NCBI GenBank assembly: GCA_965206705.1 | Contig: CBDBKJ010000006.1 | Coordinates: forward strand, 3,286,946-3,350,945 | DNA from: Vicinamibacterales bacterium | GTDB lineage: Bacteria > Acidobacteriota > Vicinamibacteria > Vicinamibacterales > UBA8438 | Direction: 5' to 3' | DNA: 64,000 nucleotides | Part shown: positions 42,532 to 54,126 of the stretch, one piece after another | How positions within the stretch are numbered: position 1 is the stretch's first letter | Layout of the letters: each line of letters begins with the position of its first letter | Translations under genes and position numbers: made by a program | The notes under the pieces: model-generated | The model's database searches: none | The model's input: the letters and a program-made list of their open reading frames with translations, nothing else | What the model was told of the DNA's origin: nothing

Positions 42532-43668
42532 ATGACCAGGCAGTCGACGGCGGTGGGGCTCGACGAGGTGGTCGCGGCCACGTCGCGCATCTGTTATCTC
42601 GACGGGCAGCGCGGCGTCCTGGCCTACTGCGGGCACGACATCCACGATCTGGCGCGGCACGCCACCTTCGAGGAGGTCTGTCACCTGCTCTGGCACCGGC
42701 GGCTTCCGACCCGGGCCGAGCTCGGCGATCTGCAGACCGAGCTGGCGCGATACCGCGCCCTCCCCGAGCCGGTTGTCCGCCTGCTGCGGTCGCTGCCTCC
42801 CGGGCACCTGATGGACGCGGTGCGCACCGGGGTGTCGGCGCTGGCGCATCACGATCCGGATGCCGGCGACGACTCCCCCGGCGCGTCGCGGCGCAAGGCG
42901 GTGCGGCTGACGGCGCAGGCCGGCACCCTGGTCGCGACGCTGGGCAGGCTGGCCGCGGGGCGCGCGCCGGTGACGCCGGACCCGGTGCTGGGACAAGCCG
43001 CCAACTTCCTGTACCTCCTGACCGGGGAGCGTCCGGGCGCGCTCGCGGCCCGGGCGTTCGACGTCGGGTTGATTCTCCACGCCGACCACGAGCTGAACGC
43101 GTCGACGTTCGCGGCGCGGGTGGCGGCGGCGACCCTCACCGACCTGCACTCGGCCGTCGTGGCGGGGGTGGCGGCGCTGAAGGGGCCCCTGCACGGGGGG
43201 GCGAATGCCGCCGTCATGCAGATGCTGCTGGCCATCGGCGCCGATGCGGACGACCGGCGGGTCGAGGACGTCATTCGCCGCATGCTGGCCGACAAGCGGC
43301 GCGTGCCCGGCTTCGGCCATCGGGTCTATCGCACCGAGGATCCCCGCGCGACCCACCTGCGCCGGATGTCGCGGGATCTCGGCGAGCAGGCGGGACAACC
43401 CCGCTGGTTCGAGATGTCGCAGCGCATCGAGAAGGTGATGAAGGAGGAGACCGGCATCGACGCGAACGTCGACTTCTACTCCGCGTCGACGTATCACGTG
43501 CTCGGCATCCCGATCGACCTGTTCACGCCCATCTTCGTGGCGAGCCGGGTGGCGGGCTGGACCGCCCACGTGCTCGAGCAGTACGCGAACAACCGCCTGA
43601 TCCGGCCCCGGGCGGAGTACGTGGGTCCCGAGCATCCGCAGGCGTTCGTGCCGCTGGCCGACCGGTAG
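42532..43668 (+). CDS. citrate synthase / 2-methylcitrate synthase (short, about 378-aa type)
   Basis: Motifs are ILHADHELNASTF, GPLHGGAN and GFGHRVYRTEDPRA. The start is taken at the ATG at 42532. Confidence 0.9.
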   Translation: MTRQSTAVGLDEVVAATSRICYLDGQRGVLAYCGHDIHDLARHATFEEVCHLLWHRRLPTRAELGDLQTELARYRALPEPVVRLLRSLPPGHLMDAVRTGVSALAHHDPDAGDDSPGASRRKAVRLTAQAGTLVATLGRLAAGRAPVTPDPVLGQAANFLYLLTGERPGALAARAFDVGLILHADHELNASTFAARVAAATLTDLHSAVVAGVAALKGPLHGGANAAVMQMLLAIGADADDRRVEDVIRRMLADKRRVPGFGHRVYRTEDPRATHLRRMSRDLGEQAGQPRWFEMSQRIEKVMKEETGIDANVDFYSASTYHVLGIPIDLFTPIFVASRVAGWTAHVLEQYANNRLIRPRAEYVGPEHPQAFVPLADR

Positions 43669-43746
43669 CCCCGGGTCCTCGCCTTCCCGCTCCGGGTCCC
43701 CCCGAACCCGCCCGGCCGCCGCAGGGCGTGGCCGCCCCGAAGGCAT

Positions 43747-43785
43747 GAGGATTCGGCGTTCGCGCCATTCCACGGCGCAGATTCC
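43747..43785 (+). repeat. possible degenerate family A-like copy upstream of lepA
   Basis: The sequence gaggattcggcgttcgcgccattccacggcgcagattcc resembles copy D (..cgccaaactcccacggcgccagtctcc). The similarity is weak. Confidence 0.3.
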
Positions 43786-43811
43786 CGAGGGGCTATAATG
43801 GCGGTCCGTCC

Positions 43812-45614
43812 ATGGACCAGCGCTACATCCGCAATTTCTCCATAATTGCGCACATCGATCACGGCAAGTCGACGCTCGCGGACCGATTCCTCGAGATCAC
43901 CGGCGCCCTCCGCCCCCGGGAGATGGAGGCGCAGGTGCTCGATTCGATGGACCTGGAGCGGGAGCGGGGGATCACCATCAAGGCCCACTCCGTCCGGCTG
44001 AGCTATACGCCGGAGGGCGGGGTGCCGCACGTCCTCAACCTCATCGATACGCCCGGACACGTCGATTTCTCCTATGAAGTGACGCGGGCGCTGACCGCGT
44101 GCGAGGGCGCGGTGCTGCTCGTCGACGCCTCGCAGGGGGTGGAGGCGCAGACGGTCGCGAACGCCTATCTGGCCGTCGACCAGAGCCTCGAGATCCTGCC
44201 CGTCGTGAACAAGATCGACCTGCCGGGGGCGCAGCCGGACGAGACGATCCGCCAGATCGAGGAGATCGTGGGTCTCGACGCCGCCGACACCATCCTCGCG
44301 AGCGCCAAGGAGGGCGCGGGCGCCCGGGCCGTGCTCGACGCGGTGGTGGCGCGGGTGCCGCCGCCGGCCGGCGACCGGGACGGTCCCCTCAAGGCGTTGA
44401 TCTTCGATTCCTGGTACGACGCGTACCGCGGGGTCGTCGTGCTGATCCGCGTCGTCGACGGGGTGATCCGGCCGAAGACGAAGATCCGCCTGATGGCGCA
44501 GGGGCAGGACTACGAGGTCGAGGAGGTCGGGGTGTTCTCGCCCAAGCCGCTGGTCGTCCGGCAGCTCGGGTCGGGCGAGGTCGGCTTCGTCATCGCCGGC
44601 ATCAAGACCGTCAGCGACGCCCAGATCGGCGACACCGTGACCGAGACGGCCCGGCCGGCCGCCACCGCCTGCGCCGGCTTCACGGAAATGAAGCCGATGG
44701 TGTTCGCAGGCCTCTACCCGGTCGAAGGGCACCAGTACAGCGATCTGCGCGAGGCGCTCGAGAAGCTGCGGTTGAACGACGCCTCGTTCTTCTTCGAGCC
44801 CGAGACCTCGACGGCGCTGGGGTTCGGATTCCGGTGCGGATTCCTCGGCCTGCTGCATCTGGAGATCGTTCAGGAACGGCTCGAACGCGAGTTCGACATG
44901 GACCTGGTCACCACCGCCCCCGGAGTGCTCTACCGGGTGACCACCACCGAGGGCGAGACGATCGAGATCGACAGCCCCGCGAAGCTGCCCGACGCCGGGA
45001 GCATCGTGGCGCTCGAAGAGCCGGTCATCACCGCGATGGTCCTGACTCCCGCCGACTACGTCGGCGGAATCCTGCAGCTCTGCCAGGAGAAGCGCGGGGT
45101 CCAGAAGGGCCTGGAGTATCTGGCCTCGAACCGGGTCATGATCACCTACGAGCTGCCGTTCAACGAGGTCGTGCTCGATTTCTACGACCGGCTGAAGACG
45201 CTGTCGCGGGGATACGCGTCCCTCGACTACCACGTCACCGGCTTCCGGACCTCGCCCCTCGTCAAGCTCGATCTCCTGGTGAACGGCGACCCCGTCGACG
45301 CCCTGTCGGTCATCGTGCACAAGGAGTCGGCCTACGCCCGCGGCCGGTCCCTCGCCGGCAAGTTGCGGAAGCTCATTCCGCGGCAGATGTTCGAGGTGGC
45401 GATACAGGCGACGATCGGGGGGCGTATCATTGCCCGGGAATCCGTCAAGGCGCTCCGCAAGAACGTGCTGGCGAAGTGCTACGGCGGCGACATCTCCCGC
45501 AAGCGCAAGCTCCTCGAGAAGCAGAAGGAGGGCAAGCGCCGCATGAAGCGGGTGGGCCGGGTCGAGATTCCGCAAGAGGCGTTTCTCGCGGTGCTGACGG
45601 TGGATTCGGAGTGA
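43812..45614 (+). CDS. lepA: translation elongation factor 4 (LepA)
   Basis: 600 aa with the motifs [20 protein letters not shown] and DTPGHVDF, and the LepA-specific C-terminus ([24 protein letters not shown]). Confidence 0.96.
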   Translation: MDQRYIRNFSIIAHIDHGKSTLADRFLEITGALRPREMEAQVLDSMDLERERGITIKAHSVRLSYTPEGGVPHVLNLIDTPGHVDFSYEVTRALTACEGAVLLVDASQGVEAQTVANAYLAVDQSLEILPVVNKIDLPGAQPDETIRQIEEIVGLDAADTILASAKEGAGARAVLDAVVARVPPPAGDRDGPLKALIFDSWYDAYRGVVVLIRVVDGVIRPKTKIRLMAQGQDYEVEEVGVFSPKPLVVRQLGSGEVGFVIAGIKTVSDAQIGDTVTETARPAATACAGFTEMKPMVFAGLYPVEGHQYSDLREALEKLRLNDASFFFEPETSTALGFGFRCGFLGLLHLEIVQERLEREFDMDLVTTAPGVLYRVTTTEGETIEIDSPAKLPDAGSIVALEEPVITAMVLTPADYVGGILQLCQEKRGVQKGLEYLASNRVMITYELPFNEVVLDFYDRLKTLSRGYASLDYHVTGFRTSPLVKLDLLVNGDPVDALSVIVHKESAYARGRSLAGKLRKLIPRQMFEVAIQATIGGRIIARESVKALRKNVLAKCYGGDISRKRKLLEKQKEGKRRMKRVGRVEIPQEAFLAVLTVDSE

Positions 45615-45622
45615 ACAGGCCC

Positions 45623-46309
45623 ATGGCTGGAGAGAGCTTCAGGAAGTCGACGGCGCGGGAGTACTTCGAATCGATCGTGATCGCGGTCGTCCTGGCCCTG
45701 TTCGTGCGCACCTGGGGCGTCCAGGCCTTCAAGATCCCGACCGGGTCGATGGAGGAGAACCTGCTGATCGGCGATCACCTGCTGGTGAACAAGTTCGTCC
45801 ACGCGCCGTCGGCGACCGCGCTGGAACGGATGCTGCTGCCCATGGGGGACATCGAGCGCGGCGACGTGCTCGTCTTCAAGTTCCCCGAAGATCCCGAGCG
45901 CGACTTCATCAAGCGGGTCGTCGGCCTGCCCGGCGAGACCATCGAGTTGCGGCAGGGGCGGGTGTTCATCGACGGCGACGCCATCGACGAGCCCTATCTC
46001 GACGCGATGCGGCCCGGCGACCGGCTCCCGCCCGACTTCCGGGGGACGTTCGGGCCGAGCACCATCCCCGAGGGACATCTCTTCATGATGGGGGACAACC
46101 GCGGCGACTCCGAGGACAGCCGATACTGGGGTCCGCTGCCCGCCGAGTACGTCAAGGGCCGGGCGTTCATGATGTACTGGTCGTACGAGTCGGAGAGCGC
46201 TTTCTACGCCGACGTCGGGGTCGGCGCGACCCTGCGCCGGCTCGGCTCCGCCGCTACCCACTTCTTCACCCGCACCCGCTGGGACCGCCTGTTCATGGCG
46301 GTGCCCTGA
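45623..46309 (+). CDS. lepB: signal peptidase I
   Basis: 228 aa from the ATG at 45623. Motifs are IPTGSMEENL (catalytic Ser), KRVVGLPGE (Lys) and GDNRGDSEDSR. Confidence 0.9.
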   Translation: MAGESFRKSTAREYFESIVIAVVLALFVRTWGVQAFKIPTGSMEENLLIGDHLLVNKFVHAPSATALERMLLPMGDIERGDVLVFKFPEDPERDFIKRVVGLPGETIELRQGRVFIDGDAIDEPYLDAMRPGDRLPPDFRGTFGPSTIPEGHLFMMGDNRGDSEDSRYWGPLPAEYVKGRAFMMYWSYESESAFYADVGVGATLRRLGSAATHFFTRTRWDRLFMAVP

Positions 46310-46555
46310 GCCGCCGGAGTGTCCCCCGTGGCGCGGGATCGGTCGGAGGCGGCCCGGTGGTACCGCCGAGCAGGGCCACGCCGACGCGCAGACGAGACTC
46401 GACCGCCTTCGGTGAACCCCTCCGTGGGCAGGCGCGTTCCACGAGCCCTTCAGCCCCATCGGGGGCATCACGTCGACGGTCTTCCGGAATCCGACGCCGG
46501 GCCGCAATGCTGGGAGTGACGGGCCGTCGGCGCGGCTGCGGTGGCGCGCCCGTCC

Positions 46556-46762
46556 TCAGTCGCTGTTGCCGGACGTGGGTCGGAACAGGGCGCCGTCGAG
46601 ATGGGCGACCCGCTCGGCGAGGCCGGCGACCCGTTCCGCGAGGTTGCTGAAGTCGCGACGCAAGTCCCGGATCTCCTGCCGTATGTCGCGCAGGTCGGAG
46701 CGGAGCCAGGCGGCCAGGGCGACGATCAGGGCAGGGGTCAGCCAGGGAACGAACGCTTCCAT
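46556..46762 (-). CDS. small hypothetical protein (N-terminal TM plus coiled-coil, 68 aa)
   Basis: The ORF peptide is MEAFVPWLTPALIVALAAWL...DIRQEIRDLRRDFSNLAERVAGLAERVAHL. Its own extended -10 box lies 6 nt upstream of the ATG. Confidence 0.5.
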   Translation of the reverse strand: MEAFVPWLTPALIVALAAWLRSDLRDIRQEIRDLRRDFSNLAERVAGLAERVAHLDGALFRPTSGNSD

Positions 46763-46768
46763 GGTCCG

Positions 46769-46777
46769 ATTCTAGCA
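46769..46777 (-). promoter_or_regulatory. extended -10 (TGCTAGAAT) 6 nt upstream of the ATG at 46762: candidate leaderless promoter
   Basis: The minus strand reads cgcTGCTAGAATcggaccATGG, nearly identical in layout to the thiC start region. Confidence 0.45.
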
Positions 46778-46846
46778 GCGATGTCCCTCTACCGGCCACC
46801 TTGGCCGAGCCTTCCCCGGGATCCGGAGCGGACCTCGGCCGCGCGG

Positions 46847-47560
46847 TCAGGCGCCGGGGGGGCGCGTGCGCCGGCCGAACAGGGCGGTGCCGACCCGGAC
46901 CATGGTCGCTCCCTCCGCGATCGCGACCTCGAAGTCGTGGCTCATCCCCATCGAGAGCTCGTCGAGCCGGACCGCATCGGGGGCCGCGGCCTGCAGCTCG
47001 TCCCGGAGCGCCCGCAGGCGCCGGAACCAGGGCCGGGCCGCCTCCGGGTCGTCCGACCACGGCGGCAGGATCATGAGGCCGCGCAGGCGGACGGCGCAGC
47101 AGCCGGCGGCCGCCTCGACGATACGCCGGGCCTCGTCCTCCCGCGCCCCGTGCTTGGTCGCCTCCCCGGCGAGGTCGACCTGAACCAGGACCTGCGGCGA
47201 CCGGCCCGCATCGGCCGCGGCCTGGTCGAGCCGGCCGAGCAGGGCGGCGCTGTCGACGGAGTGGATCCAGTCGAACGCGACGGCCCTGCGCGCCTTGTTC
47301 GACTGCAGGTGCCCGATGAGGTGCCAATGGACGGGCAGCGACGGGGCCGCGGCCTGCTTCTCCAGGGCCTCCTGCACCCGGTTCTCCCCCAGATCGCGCA
47401 GCCCCGCCGCGGCCGCGGCCTCGACGTGGGCAACCCCGAACGTTTTCGACACCGCGATCAGGCGTATCGCGCCGGGCGCGCGTCCCGCCGCCGCGGCGGC
47501 GCGGCCGAGCCGGGCGCGGACCGCGGCGAGGTTGGTCGAGATCGCGGCTTCGAGTTCCAT
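46847..47560 (-). CDS. yggS: YggS-family pyridoxal-phosphate homeostasis protein
   Basis: 237 aa with the motifs LIAVSKT (PLP Lys), LGENRVQE, WHLIGHLQSNK and LSMGMSHDFE. Confidence 0.9.
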   Translation of the reverse strand: MELEAAISTNLAAVRARLGRAAAAAGRAPGAIRLIAVSKTFGVAHVEAAAAAGLRDLGENRVQEALEKQAAAPSLPVHWHLIGHLQSNKARRAVAFDWIHSVDSAALLGRLDQAAADAGRSPQVLVQVDLAGEATKHGAREDEARRIVEAAAGCCAVRLRGLMILPPWSDDPEAARPWFRRLRALRDELQAAAPDAVRLDELSMGMSHDFEVAIAEGATMVRVGTALFGRRTRPPGA

Positions 47561-47631
47561 GGTCGCGGGAATCCCGTCGAGGTGGTCGATGCCGGTCCGA
47601 GGGGGACGATCTCCGTGCAGCGGTGACTCTG

Positions 47632-48585
47632 CTAGCGTCCCAGGGCGGTCATCCGCTCCCGGGCCACCCCCGCGTGCTCGCCATTGGGGGCGGCGCCGAG
47701 ATAACGGGCGAACGAGCGCCGCGCGCTCGCGGGGTCGCCGCTCGCCTCGTAGGCGAGCCCCAGCCAGTAGTGGGCGTCGGCCAGTGTGGGGTCGGTCTCC
47801 GTTGCTTCGCGGAACAGCCGCAGCGCGTCGCCCACGTTGCCCGAGTCCCAGCGTCCGATGCCGCGGGTCAGGGTGTCCCGGGCTCCGGCGCGCCCCGCCG
47901 CGAGCTGCCGCACCGCGATGCGGTTCGCCTCGCCGCGCGCCGCCGCGGCCGCTTCGGGGCGGTCCTGGCGGGTGAAGATATCCGCCAGCCCGTAGTGGGC
48001 CGGGGCATAGTCCGACCGGATGGCGATGGCCTCGCGGTAGGCGGTCTCGGCGTCGGCGTAGCGGTTCAGCCGGCTGTGCGACACCCCGATGTTGAAGTAG
48101 CAGTCGACGCAGGTCGGCGTGACCTGCAGAACGATCTCGAACTGCGCGATGGCGTCGTCGTAGTTGCCGTTGCGGTTGGCCCGGACCCCGGCCGCGAACG
48201 CGGCGGCCGCGGTCTGGTCGTCCCGTAGCGCGCGCAGCCAGGGGGCCGCGGTCCGCCCCGCCTCGAGGACGAAGCGCACGTCCACCGAGCCGGCGGGGTG
48301 CACGAGCACGCGGAAGATCTGATCGCCGAGCTCGGTCTTTCCGGCGCTGACGCTGTACTGCCCGGGGGCGAGCTCGACCTCTCGAAAGCGGCCGGTCGCG
48401 TCGGTGACGGTCTCGATGGCGGACTCCTGCGACTCGAGGGACATCAGGGTCACCGTGGCCCCGGCCACGGGCTGGCCGTCGCCGGTGGTGACGCGGCCGT
48501 TTATCAAGCCCGTCGACTGCGCCCGGGCGGCCGCACCCGTCAGGCAGAGGACGACCGCCAGGACGGCCGTGAGAAGCCCGGACAT
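47632..48585 (-). CDS. secreted carboxypeptidase-regulatory-like domain plus TPR repeat protein
   Basis: The start is at the ATG at 48585 and a signal peptide follows (MSGLLTAVLAVVLCLTGAAARAQ). Next come INGRVTTGDGQPVAGATVTL and several TPR-like repeats. Confidence 0.75.
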   Translation of the reverse strand: MSGLLTAVLAVVLCLTGAAARAQSTGLINGRVTTGDGQPVAGATVTLMSLESQESAIETVTDATGRFREVELAPGQYSVSAGKTELGDQIFRVLVHPAGSVDVRFVLEAGRTAAPWLRALRDDQTAAAAFAAGVRANRNGNYDDAIAQFEIVLQVTPTCVDCYFNIGVSHSRLNRYADAETAYREAIAIRSDYAPAHYGLADIFTRQDRPEAAAAARGEANRIAVRQLAAGRAGARDTLTRGIGRWDSGNVGDALRLFREATETDPTLADAHYWLGLAYEASGDPASARRSFARYLGAAPNGEHAGVARERMTALGR

Positions 48586-48696
48586 CGCCGCCCGGCGGCG
48601 CCGCTGACCGCCCGGCCCATCCGGCGGGAGTCCGCTCGGCCGCGCGGCGCGGAAGCCTGACCGCGGGTTTCTGAGAACTGGCACCCTTCCCCGAGT

Positions 48697-50811
48697 TTAC
48701 ACCGTCTGGCGCGCCATGAACGCCCTGACCGGTTCCAGGTCGTGCACGATGGGCGTCGGGGGCAGCGAGGCGAGAAAGCGGCGTCCATAACCCTTGTTCA
48801 GCAGCCGGGGGTCGAGAACCGACAGCACCCCGCGATCCTGCCGGTGCCGGATGAGCCGGCCGAGCCCCTGCAGCAGGGTGAGAACCGCGAGCGGCACCTG
48901 GTACTCGTCGAACGGGCTGCCCCCGTGCCGGGCGATCGACTGCATGCGCGCCGCCGTGATGGGGTCGCCCGGCGGCGCGAAAGGCAGCTTGTCGATGATG
49001 ACGCAGCTGAGGGTGTCGCCGGCCACGTCCACCCCCTGCCAGAAGCTCGAGGTGGCCAGCAGCACCGCGTTCGGGGTGGTGCGGAAGTTGCGCAGCAGCA
49101 CCGGGCGGGGGGCGGTTCCCTGCACCAGCAGGGGGTACGGGCTGGCCGGGGCGATCAGCCGCTGCACCTCGCGCAGGTTGGCGTAGCTGGTGAAGAGCAC
49201 GAAGGCTCGCCCCTCGGTGGCGTCGAGCAGGGCCCGAATCTGCAGGGCCGCGTCGCGGGTGAACGCCGGCGACCGGGGCTCCGGCATGTGCCGGGGCAGA
49301 TAGAGCACGGTCTGGGCGGCGTAGTCGAACTCGGACGCGAGACGCAGCTCGATCGCGTCGCCGACCCCCAGGCGCGTTCGCTGGTACTCGAACGAGCCGT
49401 CGACGGCGAGGGTCGCCGACGTCAGGATCGTGCCCTGGAGGCGGTCGAGGAGCAGCTCGCGGACGATGGACGACACGTCGATGGGGGACGCCCGCAGGAA
49501 GGTGCCGCGCCGCCGGCGCTCCAGGAAGTAGACCAGGCGGTCGTCGTCGGCCTTGAGCACCTTGTCGACGTCGTCGCCCAGCTCGTGCGCGCGGCCTGCC
49601 AGTGCGCGCAGGTCCTCGGTGGTGTTGGCGAACGACTGCACGGCCGTCTCCAGGGCCCGCACCGCGCTGGCCAGCTGCCGTCCCGGCTCTGCCACCGGCG
49701 CGAGGACGTCGGCGTCGAGGCGGGTGCGCTCGGCCCGCGCCAGCGCGACCTTACGGTCGCGTTGGAAGTTTCGCTGGCGCGAAACTTCTACGGCGCAAGC
49801 TCCTAGGTGCATGTGGACGGCGGTGAAGAACCGCGCGGCCCGCTCGTCGATCGTGTCCAGCGCCGCGCAGAGGGTCTGGGCGGTCTCGGCGTCCTCCTCG
49901 AGGTCACGGGCCACCCAGCGTCTGCCGTCGGCGACCAGCCGTTCCACCCGATAGTTGCTGACGGCGATGCCGAAGTACTGCGTTGCTACGTCCTCGAGCT
50001 GATGCGCCTCGTCGATCACCGCGTAGGCGTACGACGGAATCACCTCGCCGTAGGCCGACTGGCGCACCGCCGCGTCGGCGCAGAGCAGGTGGTGGTTCAC
50101 GATGACGAGGTCCGACTCGGCCGCCCGCTGCCGCATGCGGGTGATGAAGCACTCCGCGTGCTGCGGGCAGTCGGTTCCGATGCAGTTGTCCGAGGTGGCC
50201 GAGATCTCGCTCCAGAACGGCAGGTCGTCCGGCAGGTCCTCGATCTCCGCGCGGTCGCCGGTCCCGGTCCCGGCCGCCCACTCGGCGATGGTGTCCACGT
50301 ATCGCCGGTCCGGGGCGAGGCCGAGGGGGTCGTCGTTCCGATAGGCCTCGAACCGGTGGAGGCAGAGGTAGTTGCCCCGGCCCTTCATGTAGGTGGCGGT
50401 GAAGTCCACGCCCAGCGCGGCGCGGAGGGCGGGGAGGTCCTTGTCGTGAATCTGGTCCTGGAGCTGCTTGGTGCCGGTGGAGACGAGCACCCGGTGGCCG
50501 CTGAGGATCGCCGGCACGAGGTAGGCGAGGGTCTTGCCGGTGCCGGTGCCGGCTTCCGCCAGCAGGACGCCGCCGTCCTCGAAGATTCCGGCCGCCGCCG
50601 CCGCCATCTCCTGCTGGCTGGCGCGGGGCTCGAACGACGGCAGCGCCCCTGCGAGGGCGCCGCCCTCGGTGAAGGCCGCCTCGACCCGATCGACCAGGAG
50701 TCCCGGCCGCGGGTCGGCGCCCGCTCCCGGCGGCGCCGGCGGCGCCGCGGCGCCGGCGGGAGCCGGTGTCCGGGCTACCGTGGGTCTGGATAGAGCGGGA
50801 ACCTTCTGCAC
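48697..50811 (-). CDS. dinG: DinG/XPD-family ATP-dependent DNA helicase (Fe-S type), carrying an in-frame family A repeat
   Basis: Features are the Walker A motif AGTGTGKT, the box [10 protein letters not shown], Fe-S cluster cysteines (NYLCLHRF...[15 protein letters not shown]) and C-terminal helicase motifs (TSATL, SFWQGVD). The only plausible start is the GTG at 50811, which overlaps glyA by 37 nt. The start is uncertain. Confidence 0.85.
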   Translation of the reverse strand: MQKVPALSRPTVARTPAPAGAAAPPAPPGAGADPRPGLLVDRVEAAFTEGGALAGALPSFEPRASQQEMAAAAAGIFEDGGVLLAEAGTGTGKTLAYLVPAILSGHRVLVSTGTKQLQDQIHDKDLPALRAALGVDFTATYMKGRGNYLCLHRFEAYRNDDPLGLAPDRRYVDTIAEWAAGTGTGDRAEIEDLPDDLPFWSEISATSDNCIGTDCPQHAECFITRMRQRAAESDLVIVNHHLLCADAAVRQSAYGEVIPSYAYAVIDEAHQLEDVATQYFGIAVSNYRVERLVADGRRWVARDLEEDAETAQTLCAALDTIDERAARFFTAVHMHLGACAVEVSRQRNFQRDRKVALARAERTRLDADVLAPVAEPGRQLASAVRALETAVQSFANTTEDLRALAGRAHELGDDVDKVLKADDDRLVYFLERRRRGTFLRASPIDVSSIVRELLLDRLQGTILTSATLAVDGSFEYQRTRLGVGDAIELRLASEFDYAAQTVLYLPRHMPEPRSPAFTRDAALQIRALLDATEGRAFVLFTSYANLREVQRLIAPASPYPLLVQGTAPRPVLLRNFRTTPNAVLLATSSFWQGVDVAGDTLSCVIIDKLPFAPPGDPITAARMQSIARHGGSPFDEYQVPLAVLTLLQGLGRLIRHRQDRGVLSVLDPRLLNKGYGRRFLASLPPTPIVHDLEPVRAFMARQTV
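49743..49806 (+). repeat. family A two-hairpin repeat, copy B, located inside the dinG-like CDS
   Basis: Sequence: gcgcgacc-ttac-ggtcgcg ttg GAAGTTTCGC-tggc-GCGAAACTTC tacggcgcaagctcctag. In the helicase frame it reads [24 protein letters not shown]. Confidence 0.85.
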
Positions 50812-52055
50812 AGGGCTTCGACCTTCGAGCGCACGTCGGCCGCGACCCCGTCCGCCTCGGGGGTCGCGAGAACGCGGCTGATATACCCGGCGATCTCGTC
50901 CATCTCCGGCTCCGCCATGCCCCGCGTGGTGACGGCGGGGGTTCCGATGCGGATGCCGCTGGCCACCATCGGCGGCTGCTCGTCGAACGGAATCGCATTC
51001 TTGTTGACGGTGATGCCGGCCCGGCCGAGCGCGGCCTCGGCGACCTTTCCGGTGATGCCGCGCGAGAACACGTCGACGAGCACGAGGTGGTTGTCGGTGC
51101 CGCCGCTCACCAGCCGGAAGCCGGCCTCCCGCAGGGCCGCGCCGAGGCGGGCGGCGTTCCGGACCGTCTGCGCCTGGTACTCGTGGAACTCGGGCTCGGC
51201 CGCCTCCTGGAAGCAGACCGCCTTGGCCGCGACGACGTGCATGAGGGGTCCGCCCTGGATGCCCGGGAACAGCGACCTGTTCACCGCCTTGGCATGCGCT
51301 TCGCGGCACAGCACGAGGCCGCCCCGCGGGCCGCGCAAGGTCTTGTGAGTGGTGGTCGTCACGATGTCCGAGTGGGGGACCGGGCTCGGGTGGAGGCCCG
51401 CCGCCACCAGTCCCGCGATATGCGCCATGTCGGTGACCACGAACGCCCCGACCTCGGCGGCGACGTTCTGGATGCGGGCGAAGTCGATGACCCGCGGATA
51501 GGCGCTCGCCCCGACCATGATCAGCTTCGGCCGGCGGGCGTGCGCGAGCCGCGCCAGCTCGTCGTAGTCGATCCGCTCGTCGTCCCGTCGCACCCCGTAC
51601 GGCACGATGTCGTAGAGCTGGCCCGAGAAGTTCAGCGGATGGCCGTGCGTCAGGTGGCCGCCGTGCGCGAGGTTCATCCCCAGGACGGTGTCGCCGGGGG
51701 CGATCAGCGCGAAGTACGCGGCCATGTTGGCCTGGGCGCCGGAGTGCGGCTGCACGTTGGCGCGTTCGGCCCCGAAGAGGGCCAGGGCCCGTTCGATGGC
51801 CAGCGATTCGGCGACGTCGACGTGCTCGCAACCGCCGTAGTAGCGGCGTCCCGGATACCCTTCGGCGTACTTGTTGGTCAGCACCGAGCCGGCCGCCTCG
51901 AGCACCGCCCGGCTGACGAAGTTCTCCGAGGCGATCAGTTCGAGGCCGTTGTTCTGGCGAGTGGTCTCGTCGGCGAGAACCGCCGCGATGGCGGGGTCGG
52001 TCTCCGTCAGGGGGCGCTGGCGATTGCTGACGGTCGCTTCGATGAGAGGGTTCAT
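50775..52055 (-). CDS. glyA: serine hydroxymethyltransferase
   Basis: 426 aa with the motifs [19 protein letters not shown] and [14 protein letters not shown] (PLP Lys). Confidence 0.96.
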   Translation of the reverse strand: MNPLIEATVSNRQRPLTETDPAIAAVLADETTRQNNGLELIASENFVSRAVLEAAGSVLTNKYAEGYPGRRYYGGCEHVDVAESLAIERALALFGAERANVQPHSGAQANMAAYFALIAPGDTVLGMNLAHGGHLTHGHPLNFSGQLYDIVPYGVRRDDERIDYDELARLAHARRPKLIMVGASAYPRVIDFARIQNVAAEVGAFVVTDMAHIAGLVAAGLHPSPVPHSDIVTTTTHKTLRGPRGGLVLCREAHAKAVNRSLFPGIQGGPLMHVVAAKAVCFQEAAEPEFHEYQAQTVRNAARLGAALREAGFRLVSGGTDNHLVLVDVFSRGITGKVAEAALGRAGITVNKNAIPFDEQPPMVASGIRIGTPAVTTRGMAEPEMDEIAGYISRVLATPEADGVAADVRSKVEALCRRFPLYPDPR

Positions 52056-52163
52056 GCAGTCCTTCGGTCCAAGGCCCGGAAGTCGTCGCCGGCGGCTCCG
52101 ACTGCCGCCCTGACCACCCCCCGGGGAGTCTGCGTTTCCCTGCAGGGAGGCGGCGGCTCCTGT

Positions 52164-52231
52164 CCGGGAGGGCGGCGCCGCGGCACGGCGCAGAACCCCG
52201 GCGCGGAGTGGAGAATCGGGGGCGCAGCGAC
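52164..52231 (-). repeat. possible diverged family B copy (reverse orientation) in the glyA/thiC divergent spacer
   Basis: The sequence ccgggagggcggcgccgcggcacggcgcagaaccccgg...aatcggggg.gcagcgac resembles the reverse complement of 35249-35326. It contains indels and confidence is low. Confidence 0.35.
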
Positions 52232-52236
52232 TCTGA

Positions 52237-54060
<1,824 letters not shown>

Positions 54061-54064
54061 GGCC

Positions 54065-54110
54065 GGAGTTTCGCGTCAGCGAAACTCCCAACGCGACCCG
54101 CAGGGTCGCG
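54065..54110 (-). repeat. family A repeat, copy C (reverse orientation)
   Basis: Sequence: GGAGTTTCGC-gtca-GCGAAACTCC caa CGCGACCC-gca-GGGTCGCG. The reverse complement matches the family A layout (hairpin 1, ttgg, hairpin 2). Confidence 0.7.
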
Positions 54111-54126
54111 CGGTCGCGCCGGGACC

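Noticed and set aside
37446-43748. A giant 2100-aa ORF on the + strand. Companions are a 1502-aa ORF at 39265-43773 (-) and many other ORFs of 300-1000 aa in the track, for example 2152-4308 (-), 3980-6007 (-), 10264-12807 (+), 18797-20878 (-), 26858-29269 (-), 30209-33022 (-) and 43494-45575 (-).
   Set aside because: They run antisense to, or out of frame with, well-supported conserved genes (dnaG, mutS2, larB, nuoL, ftsI and others). Their products are low-complexity Arg/Gly/Pro/Ala-rich strings. In DNA of about 70% GC, stop codons are rare in non-coding frames, so these are composition artefacts.
46310-46555. A possible small gene or RNA in the 245-nt spacer between lepB and the convergent 68-aa ORF.
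   Set aside because: The only ORF there is the start of an antisense artefact through lepB. Only short GC hairpins are visible (for example GCCCC-atc-GGGGC near 46452). There is no repeat-family match and no promoter or terminator signature strong enough to call.
48697-51831. A long N-terminal extension of the helicase ORF (1044 aa) running through glyA. Similar extensions affect the E1 gene (to 13245), the radical-SAM gene (to 59845), rpoD (to 38865), mutS2 (to 41621) and the rhomboid gene (to 14575).
   Set aside because: The extensions overlap neighbouring conserved genes in another frame and are Arg/Pro-rich. Internal starts give proteins that begin where the family homology begins.
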